Assembly: GCA_045106985.1 (NCBI GenBank)
Contig: JBGCFQ010000020.1
Span: 227,897 to 291,896 of the forward strand
Direction: 5' to 3'
Origin: Pseudomonadales bacterium
Lineage (GTDB): Bacteria > Pseudomonadota > Gammaproteobacteria > Pseudomonadales > JAUIET01
DNA: 64,000 bases
Under the pieces are notes generated by a model. It was not told the DNA's origin, did no database searches, and worked only from the letters and a program-made list of their open reading frames with translations. A program made the translations under genes and the position numbers. Shown piece by piece: positions 9,748 to 19,150 of the stretch. Position 1 is the first letter of the stretch. Every line of letters begins with the position of its first letter.

Positions 9748-10829
9748 TGGCCAGCCCTAATATTGGCGACGGAGCCAATTACGCGCCGTCAGCCAATGCC
9801 GAAAGAGTCGTCGAACCGGGTGAGTTTGTCTATGCGGCGGCCTATTTGGATCACGGTCATATCTACGGCCAATGCAACGGCTTGAATGACGCCGGAGGAA
9901 CACTTAGCAAAGTATATGATACTGATTCTGAACGGCTTAAGGCATTCTGCCGTCGCTATCCAAACGTGCAAGTGGCGCAGAGCTTTGAAGAGTTGTTGGA
10001 CGATAAGAGCATTCACCTGATCACCTCGGCAGCCATACCCTCTGAGCGCGCTGCTATCGGTATGGCGACGTTAAAGGCAGGCAAGGATTACTTTACCGAC
10101 AAATCTCCGTTTACCAGTCTGGATCAGCTGCAACAGGCTAGAGAAACATGCGATGCCACAGGTCAAAAATACATGGTCTACTACGCTGAGAGACTGCACA
10201 ATGACTCGGCCTGGATGGCTGGTGAACTTATTAGTTCTGGGCGCGTTGGCAGGGTGTTACAGGTTCTCAACCTAGCGCCACATCGCCTGGCAAAAAACAC
10301 TCGCCCAGATTGGTTTTTTGATAAAAACTCATACGGCGGCATATTGACCGACATAGGCTCTCATCAAGTGGAGCAGTTTCTCTGCTACGCTGACTGCGAA
10401 AACGCGAGCATTAACCATGCGCGCGTCTGCAATTTCAACAACGCTGATAAGCCAGGCTTTGAAGATTTTGGAGAGCTATCACTCACCGGAGACAATGGCG
10501 CTTCATTTTATTCTAGAGTAGATTGGTACACACCTGAAGGCCTTGCAACATGGGGGGATGGACGCACTTTTATCACAGGTAGCGAAGGCACAATTGAACT
10601 GCGAAAGTACATTGATCCTGCACGCAGGGCACCAGCTTCTATGATGCTATTGGTTGACGCCGACGGTGAGCATGAAATAGATTGTCTTGATAAAAGTGGC
10701 TTCCCGTTTTTTGGGCAGTTAATACTCGATTGCCTCAATCGCACAGAAAACGCTATGACTCAAGCGCATGCATTCAAGGCCGCGGAATTGAGCATGATGG
10801 CACAGTCTATTGCGGACCAGAATGGTTAG
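9747..10829 (+). CDS. Gfo/Idh/MocA family oxidoreductase
   Basis: LDHGHIYG, DYFTDKSP, RPDWFF..SYGGILTDIGSHQ; TAATG coupling to the upstream gene. Confidence 0.88.
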   Translation: MASPNIGDGANYAPSANAERVVEPGEFVYAAAYLDHGHIYGQCNGLNDAGGTLSKVYDTDSERLKAFCRRYPNVQVAQSFEELLDDKSIHLITSAAIPSERAAIGMATLKAGKDYFTDKSPFTSLDQLQQARETCDATGQKYMVYYAERLHNDSAWMAGELISSGRVGRVLQVLNLAPHRLAKNTRPDWFFDKNSYGGILTDIGSHQVEQFLCYADCENASINHARVCNFNNADKPGFEDFGELSLTGDNGASFYSRVDWYTPEGLATWGDGRTFITGSEGTIELRKYIDPARRAPASMMLLVDADGEHEIDCLDKSGFPFFGQLILDCLNRTENAMTQAHAFKAAELSMMAQSIADQNG

Positions 10830-10950
10830 ATAATCTTATTGCTCGGCAAGAGTTCCTCTTAAAGCAGCTGCCTTTGAATACCCGAATATATAATCCGCTT
10901 GTTGCTCTCTGGGCTGTCCTTGTTTGATTTTGATTACCACAATGTTAGTC

Positions 10951-11076
10951 GCACGGGAGGGTTGTGACCGAAAGCACTCGCTCCGCTCGCGGAACCAGCC
11001 TTAGCGCCAGGGATAGTAGCGAGGGACAGGCCAAGGATGGTCCTCTGAACGCAAACGCAACCCTAGCCTTTCGTGT
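10951..11076 (+). repeat. Structured intergenic element (REP/MITE-like or sRNA) with GGA-loop hairpins
   Basis: GCACGGGAG pairs with CTTTCGTGT and AGGGTTGTG with CGCAACCCT using G-U wobbles; inner CTCGCT/AGCGAG; GGCCA-AGGA-TGGTC hairpin. Confidence 0.45.
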
Positions 11077-11125
11077 GTCGGCGAACAAACGCAAAAACTC
11101 TGTGCCTAGGGTAAACCTGTGTTGT

Positions 11126-11995
11126 TCAGTCCAGAACCATCAACTCAATATTCCTAAATTGAGTTGGATGACTTTCCGCTTGGAATGCAATGTGTCCGTT
11201 GGCAATCAAACCGCTTGTCAGGCCGAGATACTCACTGTCCCCACTGAAGGGGTCATATTGTGGCTGCTCATATTCAAACACTAGCTTGCCATTAATGAAA
11301 TGCCGAATGCGATCACTTCCCAACACCTCAAACTCAGCCTTCACCCATTGATCACCGTGAAAAGTGTCCGATACAGATTCCGTGCAATGCGCGCGATAAA
11401 CTTTATCTGCAAGAACAACGTTTGTAGCCGGTGTACATAAATTGGCAGTAGGTCTCGCACCGTCATCGAGCCCGCCCAAAAGTTGCGCTTCAATCGAAAC
11501 TGGAAATTTCTGACCTAAGGCCATGCTTTCAGCCGACTGGCTATGCAACATTACTCCGTTGTTTCGTTGCGCCCAGGCCATGCTTGAATCATCAGTTACC
11601 TGCTTACCAATGAAACGATACTCAAATCTTAGAATATATCGACTGAAACTAGCACTGGTAACGAGGTGCCCAAACTCACCATCAAAATCCGGCCATTCTG
11701 AATAATCTACGCTCAGCAAACCGTCCTCAGCTCGAAAAGTATTCCTATAATTTTCCCCTGCCGGCAACCCGGCAAACTTGGGCACCCAACCGTCCAGCTT
11801 GTCGCCATTGAACAAAGGCTGCCAAACAGTGTTTTCAGGCAACTGCGATGAAGGCAGCGGCACACTGCTATCTGACAACTGATATTCCATGGGCGTGGCC
11901 TGTTCATAAAGGTCAAGAACGCGTTCATGAAGTATCAGGCCCGCTATCACTAGCAACCCCAGTATGCCGGCAAGCAACTTAGCAACTACTCTCAT
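11126..11995 (-). CDS. DUF1080 (3-keto-disaccharide hydrolase/lyase) family protein with N-terminal membrane anchor
   Basis: WQPLFNGDKLDGW, LRFEYRF, RNNGVMLH, SIEAQLL, GHIAFQAESHPTQFRNIEL; start 11995 or 12007. Confidence 0.88.
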   Translation of the reverse strand: MRVVAKLLAGILGLLVIAGLILHERVLDLYEQATPMEYQLSDSSVPLPSSQLPENTVWQPLFNGDKLDGWVPKFAGLPAGENYRNTFRAEDGLLSVDYSEWPDFDGEFGHLVTSASFSRYILRFEYRFIGKQVTDDSSMAWAQRNNGVMLHSQSAESMALGQKFPVSIEAQLLGGLDDGARPTANLCTPATNVVLADKVYRAHCTESVSDTFHGDQWVKAEFEVLGSDRIRHFINGKLVFEYEQPQYDPFSGDSEYLGLTSGLIANGHIAFQAESHPTQFRNIELMVLD

Positions 11996-12115
11996 AATTT
12001 TTCTCATTAAATGACACAAAGTAATCGGCTTAATTATCCGTTACTTTTTTTAAGCAGCCAATTAGCAAGGCGCCGAACAAGTATGATACACAGATAAAGT
12101 CTGCTTAGGTTGCCC

Positions 12116-14305
12116 ATGAATAAGCCAACATCATTCCTAAATAAAATAGTCCCTGTTCCGAAGTATAAATTGGCGATAGCTATCTCAATGCTTGCTATAG
12201 CTGTGGCGTCATGTGAACCAAGCCTTCCTGGCAATTCTGTCGCACAGGACCAAGTCGATTGGGCCGTCTACAGTGGTGACTCGAACGCAAGTCAGTATTC
12301 AACGCTTAAACAAATAGATCTGGAAAACGTCTCGCAACTGAAATTGGCCTGGAGCTACGCAAGCGCAGAAGGAGCGGCTATACCGGTTGCATCCGAATTA
12401 CAGGTCAACCCTCTCATTGTTAACGGCATACTCTACGGACGCAACCCCAACTACAACGTCTTCGCAATCGATGCATACACAGGTGAAGCACTTTGGACCC
12501 ACCAACCCGACGCTCAATACGCAGGCCTTTCCTATATGCGGGGCCTAACCATGTGGAAGAATGGCGATAGCTCACGCCTCTTTTTTTCAACAGGACATTG
12601 GCTTTACAGTATTGATGCGAAGAATGGCAAACCAATTACTACTTTCGGTAAGGACGGAGCTGTCGATCTGCGTGAAGGACTAGGCCGCAATCCCTCCACC
12701 GTCAGCATTAACGCGCCGTCTCCCGGTGTTATTTTCGACAAACTACTAATAATGGGCAGTGCCGTTTTGGAATCTGAGGGTGCGGCTCCTGGTGATGTTC
12801 GCGCCTACCATGTCGAGACTGGCGAGCTAGTTTGGTCCTTTCATACAATACCTAGGCCAGGAGAGTTAGGGGCCGATACCTGGCCGGCGGAGTTTCTCAG
12901 CGAAGCAGGTGGCGCAAATTCATGGGCCGGCATGAGTGTTGATCAGGGGCGCGGCTTGGTGTTTGTGCCTACAGGTTCACCCACACCTGATTTCCTTGGA
13001 TCAAAGCGCGAAGGAAAAAACTTATTTGCCAATAGCGTCATTGCACTAGACGCCCGCAGTGGCGACTATCGTTGGCACTTTCAAACCGTGCACCACGATT
13101 TATGGGACCGGGATCTGAGCTCTGCTCCAACACTCGCAACCATCAACAGAAACGGCAAAGAGATTGATGTGGTTGCTCAAGCATCAAAGCAAGGTGTTCT
13201 CTACGTGCTTGATCGCGAAAACGGCAGCCCAATATTCCCCATTGTTGAGCAAGCGGTTTCAACATCAGACGTGCCCAATCAACACAATTGGCCTACCCAA
13301 CCCAAAGTTTTGCTGCCCGAGCCTTTCTCTCGGCAAACTTTCAGTGCAGATGACCTCAGCGATATCAATGAAGAAACTCACGCCTATGTTAAAAAGCTCT
13401 TTGAACAGACTGAAAAGTTTGAGTACTTCGGTCCTATAAACACCAAGAAAACAATACTGTTTCCGGGTTTCTATGGCGGAGGAAATTGGGGCGGTGGCGC
13501 ATTCGACCCTGAAACTGATATCTACTACATAAATGGCACAGAGGTACCGGCATTAGTTAATTTCAACACCTTGGCGATTTCCTCCGGTACAGATGCCAGC
13601 AAAGGAAAACTCACTTTTGTAACACAATGCAGCGGATGCCATGGAATGGAGCTGCGCGGCTTCTACCCGTACGCTCCAGAACTAAGAGGAATCTCGTCGC
13701 GTTTAACGAGGGAAGACGCGCTTAAAACGATATCGAGCGGTAAAGGTCGAATGATGTCTTTTGCGCATTTACCGAGTGCTGCACGTAGTGATGTTGTCGA
13801 CTTCTTGTTTGATCTAGACCGCTCGCTATCCTCTTCCAAGGACTCCTCTGTGACCGAAACTACAGCGGCGGCAGAGCACTCTGAGTATGTGTTTGGGGGT
13901 TATACCGATTTCCTCGATCAACGCTACTATCCCGCAGTTAAACCGCCCTGGGGCACACTTAACTCAATCAATTTATCAACCGGCAAGCTCCTATGGCAAA
14001 TACCCCTGGGCGAGCACAAAGAATTAAGCGCTGAAGGCATTCCACCTACCGGTACGCGCAATTACGGAGGCCCCGTAGTGACAGCAGGAGGTTTGATCAT
14101 TATTGCGGCAACCATGGATGAGATGTTGAGAGTGTTTAACAAACACAACGGTGAACTATTGTGGGAGTACAAGCTGCCGGCGGCGGGTTATGCAACGCCG
14201 GCTACCTACTCCGTTAACGGTAAACAATTCATAGTGATAGCCGCACCAGGCGGTAAGCTTGGCACTCAATCCGGAGATCAGTATCTCGCTTTTAGCCTGC
14301 CATAA
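12116..14305 (+). CDS. PQQ-dependent glucose/quinate dehydrogenase-like protein with an inserted cytochrome c domain; lipoprotein
   Basis: QYSTLKQID.ENVSQLKLAW, GGANSW, WHFQTVHHDLWDRD, GGGNWGG, CSGCH, KPPWG, GYATPATY; lipobox VASC. Confidence 0.88.
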   Translation: MNKPTSFLNKIVPVPKYKLAIAISMLAIAVASCEPSLPGNSVAQDQVDWAVYSGDSNASQYSTLKQIDLENVSQLKLAWSYASAEGAAIPVASELQVNPLIVNGILYGRNPNYNVFAIDAYTGEALWTHQPDAQYAGLSYMRGLTMWKNGDSSRLFFSTGHWLYSIDAKNGKPITTFGKDGAVDLREGLGRNPSTVSINAPSPGVIFDKLLIMGSAVLESEGAAPGDVRAYHVETGELVWSFHTIPRPGELGADTWPAEFLSEAGGANSWAGMSVDQGRGLVFVPTGSPTPDFLGSKREGKNLFANSVIALDARSGDYRWHFQTVHHDLWDRDLSSAPTLATINRNGKEIDVVAQASKQGVLYVLDRENGSPIFPIVEQAVSTSDVPNQHNWPTQPKVLLPEPFSRQTFSADDLSDINEETHAYVKKLFEQTEKFEYFGPINTKKTILFPGFYGGGNWGGGAFDPETDIYYINGTEVPALVNFNTLAISSGTDASKGKLTFVTQCSGCHGMELRGFYPYAPELRGISSRLTREDALKTISSGKGRMMSFAHLPSAARSDVVDFLFDLDRSLSSSKDSSVTETTAAAEHSEYVFGGYTDFLDQRYYPAVKPPWGTLNSINLSTGKLLWQIPLGEHKELSAEGIPPTGTRNYGGPVVTAGGLIIIAATMDEMLRVFNKHNGELLWEYKLPAAGYATPATYSVNGKQFIVIAAPGGKLGTQSGDQYLAFSLP

Positions 14306-14498
14306 GCTCTTGGTTTTTGAGAACCTCCATCACGCTAAAAGTTGGTAACTTAACCGTCCGATTTTGGCGTCAATTCACTTAGCTAAGGGTAAAGGCTGGC
14401 GCTGTTTCGCTTATTGGGCTAAACCAATAGTATAAGCAGTGATTTCTGCCTTCAGGACGAACAGCAGCACGCACGCTAATAAAGGCAAAGGAAGGCCG

Positions 14499-15296
14499 AT
14501 GAATACACCCGATGGCGATCAAGCCAAAGACGATTCCGACGATCGGCGACGAGACACTCGTCACTCAATTCCAGGTACCGAAATCAAAGTTCGAAAGCAC
14601 AGTTTTGCTGGACTGGGTCGATTCGAAAATAGTTTACCCGTAGATTTCAGTGAGAATGGAATGAGCTTTATTTCAGCAAAGCTCGAACTGGAAATGCTCG
14701 AAAAGGTAGACTTTATCCTTTCTCTAGAGGGACGACAGGTCGAGGGGACCGCTCTCATCTGCCATAAATCTGTAAGCGAGCATGGCTCTCAATACGGCTT
14801 ACTATTCATCGCCACAAACAGTGATATCACAAATTTAGTTAATCCGGGCGTGTTCGCGAATCTGGAAATAAACATGCACGCCGAAAAAACGGCTGAATAC
14901 GTGGCTGAGATGATTGGCCACTCTAACAATGTTGTCAGTAACAGCAAGTATTGGAACTTACTAGCCAATGCAGTTGCTGCATTCGTCCGTCGTATATCCG
15001 ATATAGTGCGAGAAAAATCTGAGACAAAAGAAGATTATCAGCGCGCCATTACTGCAATTCGCGAGTTCATTAGCATCGATCGAGACAAGTGTGTCGTCAG
15101 TTTTCGTTATCTGAATATCGCCGGTGTTATTGAGACAGCGGATATTAGCGTACACAGTCCAGGATCTCTGGGTGAGATCGAGTATCGTATCAGCGATTTG
15201 AAAACCACATCCTCAGTTCAAGAGGTGATTGATATTATTGGTCGCGCATTTGTAGACCAGTACAGAGCTGGATTTCCCGAAACTCAAGCTAAGTAA
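14499..15296 (+). CDS. PilZ domain protein with unknown C-terminal region
   Basis: RRRDTRH (RxxxR) and DFSENG (DxSxxG) c-di-GMP motifs, YGLLF; GGAAGG RBS before ATG 14499. Confidence 0.72.
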   Translation: MNTPDGDQAKDDSDDRRRDTRHSIPGTEIKVRKHSFAGLGRFENSLPVDFSENGMSFISAKLELEMLEKVDFILSLEGRQVEGTALICHKSVSEHGSQYGLLFIATNSDITNLVNPGVFANLEINMHAEKTAEYVAEMIGHSNNVVSNSKYWNLLANAVAAFVRRISDIVREKSETKEDYQRAITAIREFISIDRDKCVVSFRYLNIAGVIETADISVHSPGSLGEIEYRISDLKTTSSVQEVIDIIGRAFVDQYRAGFPETQAK

Positions 15297-15297
15297 G

Positions 15298-15338
15298 GAA
15301 TAGTAACCGCATGACTATGAATCGCGGCCTTACTATTC
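15298..15338. terminator. Hairpin between convergent genes (possible bidirectional terminator)
   Basis: GAATAGTAACCGC ... GCGGCCTTACTATTC inverted repeat. Confidence 0.5.
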
Positions 15339-15364
15339 GACATTCAGTCTAAGACCATGCCCCT

Positions 15365-16204
15365 TTACTGCCCCATCGCCCAGGCCGCATCAGAGGCCGT
15401 GCCAATCAATTCAACGCTTTCATCCTCACTATCGGGACTCATATTCAATCGCTCATAAGCCTTAACCAGGCTAGTATCTACAGAACCAAGAAACGAATCG
15501 TCGTTGCGATGATTTTGCAGTACAGCGACTGTCACAACGTCAACGTAATCAGCGTCTGCAACCTCTCGTTCAAACTCGAGGTAGTGCTCACACACATTCA
15601 CTAGCTCATCACTGAAAGCCCAACGCCGCAGAATTAGAGTTCCAATCACCGGATGCAGCTTTTGCATTGCTTCTAACAATAAAGTCTCATCAGCGGCTAA
15701 TTCAGGGTTAGCTTCGGCGTAGGTTAATACCGGCAAAACGCCAATTTTGTGCACCAAGCCGGCGAGCATGGCAACTGATGGCTCTAGCGTTGTTCCAAAT
15801 TTGCAAAAAGCCTGGCACAGGCCTGCCACCTCTGAGCTGGTCTGCCATGTTTTTTTGAGCTGCCTATTGATTAGGTCGTTACTTGATTCAAACATTTGCG
15901 CCATGGCAACGCCCAGCGCTAAATTGCTAGCGTATTTCATCCCCATCGTGGTCAACGCAACTTTTAAGTCGGTAACTTCATTTTCGCTGCGTCGCATCAT
16001 CGGGCTATTCGCCACTTTTAACATGCGCGCTGAAACAGAGGCATCGGTAGATACCACGCGAACCAGAGAACTCATATCGGAGTTAGGGTCAGCCGCAACT
16101 CGTTTAACTTCCAGAGCGACATCTGGCAGTGTCGGCAAACTGAGAGTGTCAGCTGCAATCTGACTAACAATAGCTTGCTCTATGTCAGAAATACTAATAT
16201 CCAT
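15365..16204 (-). CDS. Stand-alone HDOD domain protein
   Basis: LPTLPDVA, DASVSARMLKVANSP, AMLAGLVHKIG, HPVIG..ILRRWAF. Confidence 0.88.
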   Translation of the reverse strand: MDISISDIEQAIVSQIAADTLSLPTLPDVALEVKRVAADPNSDMSSLVRVVSTDASVSARMLKVANSPMMRRSENEVTDLKVALTTMGMKYASNLALGVAMAQMFESSNDLINRQLKKTWQTSSEVAGLCQAFCKFGTTLEPSVAMLAGLVHKIGVLPVLTYAEANPELAADETLLLEAMQKLHPVIGTLILRRWAFSDELVNVCEHYLEFEREVADADYVDVVTVAVLQNHRNDDSFLGSVDTSLVKAYERLNMSPDSEDESVELIGTASDAAWAMGQ

Positions 16205-16450
16205 TTAGTACGTACCTAGCTGTCCTTATTCTTATCTAAGTTAAGACCCCCGAGGTCAATCATGCAAGCTGCATTAACAATACAATTGAGCACTAAACCA
16301 CCAAATATCAGAGTGCGCAAAAATCACACTGTAGGTCGCTAGGATTCGATGTACGCATGCATTATCGTGTTGCAACTGTCCTTAAAGGACGACTTTTACA
16401 AGCAGCGGCCTGAACGTAAGCTCTGCCAATCTCACTCTGGAGATTCACCT

Positions 16451-17884
16451 TTGATTCGACGTACCAAGATTGTTGTAACCCTCGGCCCGGCAACTGACAA
16501 ACCGGGGATGTTAAAGGGCTTACTTCTTAATGGCGCCAATGTGTTTCGACTGAACTTCTCTCATGGCCGTAGTGAGGATCATCAAGAGCGTGCGAAGAAT
16601 ATTCGTAAGCTAAGCATGGAACTGGATACCACGGTCGCGATACTGGGTGATCTGCAGGGGCCGAAAATCCGCATTCAACGGTTTGCCAAGGGACCAATAA
16701 CGCTGGCTTCTGGTGCTCGTTTTACACTCGATTCCAGCCTTGATAATGAGGCTGGGAATCAGCATGAAGTGGGAATCGATTACAAAGACCTGGCAAAGTA
16801 CTGTGTGACGGGTGATGTGCTGTTGCTTGATGATGGCCGAATTCGATTACAGGTCGAGACAGTTGATGGCACGAGAGTTAACTGTAAGGTAGAGTTTGGC
16901 GGCATACTTTCAAACAATAAGGGCATTAACAAGCTTGGTGGCGGGCTGTCGGCACCAGCGCTTACCACAAAAGACTTCCAGGATATTAAAACGGCAGCGG
17001 CCATTGGTGTCGATTACATCGCCGTTTCGTTTCCTTCTTCACCAGAAGAAATCAATCAGGCCAGAGCGGCGATGCGCGAAGAGCAAAGTGACGCGCAAGT
17101 TATTGCTAAAATTGAGCGTGCCGAGGCCGTTGCGGATAAAGAGCTTCTCGATGAGATCATTCTCGCATCAGACGGTGTGATGGTCGCCCGCGGTGACTTG
17201 GGCGTGGAAATTGGCGATCCGCAATTGATAGGAATACAAAAATACCTTATTCGTCGCGCGCGCTCTTTAAATCGCACTGTCATCACTGCAACTCAGATGA
17301 TGGAATCGATGATTGACGCACCGTTACCCACTCGAGCTGAGGTGTTTGACGTCGCTAACGCCGTATTGGATGGAACCGATGCAGTGATGCTGTCAGCTGA
17401 AACAGCCGCTGGCCAATACCCACTTCAAGCTGTAAAAGCAATGAGTGAAACTTGCGTAGGCGCTGAAAAAGAACCATCAATTCGTCGATCAAACCATCGA
17501 ATGGAACGCAATTTCCAGCGCATTGACGAGGCAATAGCAATGTCAGCGATGTACACCGCTAATCACCTCGATGGTGTAAGAGCTATCATCTGCTTAACAG
17601 AATCAGGCTCCACACCTTTATGGATGTCAAGGCTTAGCTCAGGCTTGCCTATCTACGCATTCAGCAGAAACGCCGAAGCACGACGACGCGTCTCACTCTA
17701 TCGCGGCGTTAGCGCAATCGCGTTCGAAGCACAAAATTACGCGATCGATGACGTTAATGAAGCGGCAATGGACGAACTGCGTCAGCGAGGATTGGTGAAT
17801 AAGGGCGACAGCGTAATACTCACCAAAGGAACGCTAACGGGAATTCACGGCGGTACAGATTCTATGAAAATACTAATAGCTTAA
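16451..17884 (+). CDS. pyk: Pyruvate kinase (PykA type)
   Basis: RRTKIVVTLGPAT, FRLNFSHG, DLQGPKIR, AKIER, MVARGDLGVE, TATQMMESM, PTRAEVFDVANA; TTG start behind GGAG. Confidence 0.96.
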   Translation: MIRRTKIVVTLGPATDKPGMLKGLLLNGANVFRLNFSHGRSEDHQERAKNIRKLSMELDTTVAILGDLQGPKIRIQRFAKGPITLASGARFTLDSSLDNEAGNQHEVGIDYKDLAKYCVTGDVLLLDDGRIRLQVETVDGTRVNCKVEFGGILSNNKGINKLGGGLSAPALTTKDFQDIKTAAAIGVDYIAVSFPSSPEEINQARAAMREEQSDAQVIAKIERAEAVADKELLDEIILASDGVMVARGDLGVEIGDPQLIGIQKYLIRRARSLNRTVITATQMMESMIDAPLPTRAEVFDVANAVLDGTDAVMLSAETAAGQYPLQAVKAMSETCVGAEKEPSIRRSNHRMERNFQRIDEAIAMSAMYTANHLDGVRAIICLTESGSTPLWMSRLSSGLPIYAFSRNAEARRRVSLYRGVSAIAFEAQNYAIDDVNEAAMDELRQRGLVNKGDSVILTKGTLTGIHGGTDSMKILIA

Positions 17885-17945
17885 CATGTCCTATCGAGCC
17901 GCTTGCCAAACATAAAGCGCCGTGTCTATTAAAGCATCGTGACTA

Positions 17946-19082
17946 CTAAAGAGCACCTGCAGAAAACTGCTGCGCCAATAACTCGCCTAAGCGCTCAGTC
18001 TGTTCGGCACTGTTACCAAAAGTGTGCTCCAGCTGCTTGGCCCACAAGCAATAACGCCATAACGAATAATCCCGATCAACACCCATACCGCCGTGCAAGT
18101 GTTGCGCCGCATGGCTAACTCTATGCCCCGCATCTCCAGCCCATATTTTTGCAACAGCGCATGCTTCGGTAGCCTCACTATCAGAGCCAAATTCAACAGC
18201 ATAGACCGCACGTTGGGCGACCAACCGTAAACACTCAACGTCAATATAGCAATCGGCGGCTCGCTGCCCAACGGCCTGAAAGGTCGCTATCTTTACGCCG
18301 AATTGCTCACGTTCTGATGTGTAGGAGGCCGTAAGGCGCATCATCACATCACAGACTCCAACCATCTGCGAAACACTGGCCGCTATAGCGGCATTTTCGA
18401 CATGTTGCAGTACAGCATAGGCTTCAGCGCCACTCGCTAAACAGTAACTGTTGGACACCTGACAATCGCTAAACTGTAAGCAGTATTGATTTTCGCCTGC
18501 TGTACTAGTCTGTTCTAACATCGTGAGGCCAGCGGCGTCGTTATTCACCACCAATAAGGCCAAACCATCCACTGTGGCAGCGGCCACCAACAAAAACTTA
18601 CTTCGGTTGGCAAAGGGGACGAAACTCTTCTCGCCATTGAGCAGCCAGCCATTATTATTAGCTTCTGCACGAAGCGAAGCGGGCATAACCGAATAGCTGC
18701 CAGCTTCGGCCAGAGCAGAGCTAATCGTTTCAGCGCCAGAGGCAACAGAAGGAAGCACGTCCCTTTTTAATTGTTCTGAGCCAAAACGTTGCACCGTGTG
18801 TGCGCCTACTGCCAGCGCATGCAAAACGGGAACAGGGGCTACAGTTCGCCCTACTTCTTCCATCAATAAGCACAGAGTTTCAAAGTCGAAACTCATACCG
18901 CCATACTCCTGCGCAATTTCAATTCCTAGCAAACCGGCAGTGGCTAACTCCTGCCAAAGCTTAGCGTCAAAGCGTTCGCCGCTATCAAACTCCCGCATTT
19001 GCTCATTGGAACAATAGTCCTCTAATATTTTTCGAGCTAAAGCTCGCACATCAACTTGCTCTTCCGCCAATTCAAAATTCAT
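17946..19082 (-). CDS. Acyl-CoA dehydrogenase, FadE27/FadE28-like partner subunit
   Basis: YTSEREQFGVKIATFQAV, QHLHGGMG; degenerate SSALAEAG in place of (Y/L)SEPxAG. Confidence 0.88.
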   Translation of the reverse strand: MNFELAEEQVDVRALARKILEDYCSNEQMREFDSGERFDAKLWQELATAGLLGIEIAQEYGGMSFDFETLCLLMEEVGRTVAPVPVLHALAVGAHTVQRFGSEQLKRDVLPSVASGAETISSALAEAGSYSVMPASLRAEANNNGWLLNGEKSFVPFANRSKFLLVAAATVDGLALLVVNNDAAGLTMLEQTSTAGENQYCLQFSDCQVSNSYCLASGAEAYAVLQHVENAAIAASVSQMVGVCDVMMRLTASYTSEREQFGVKIATFQAVGQRAADCYIDVECLRLVAQRAVYAVEFGSDSEATEACAVAKIWAGDAGHRVSHAAQHLHGGMGVDRDYSLWRYCLWAKQLEHTFGNSAEQTERLGELLAQQFSAGAL

Positions 19083-19150
19083 CTCACTCTCCAATATTTT
19101 ATTAGGCCAGGCTTTCTACTTTTACCATCAATTTTTAGTGCTGATGGTGC

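Noticed and set aside
10964-11284. 106-aa + strand ORF across the structured intergenic element
   Set aside because: Overlaps the DUF1080 3' end in antisense and has no protein features; better explained as a by-product of the repeat-like element
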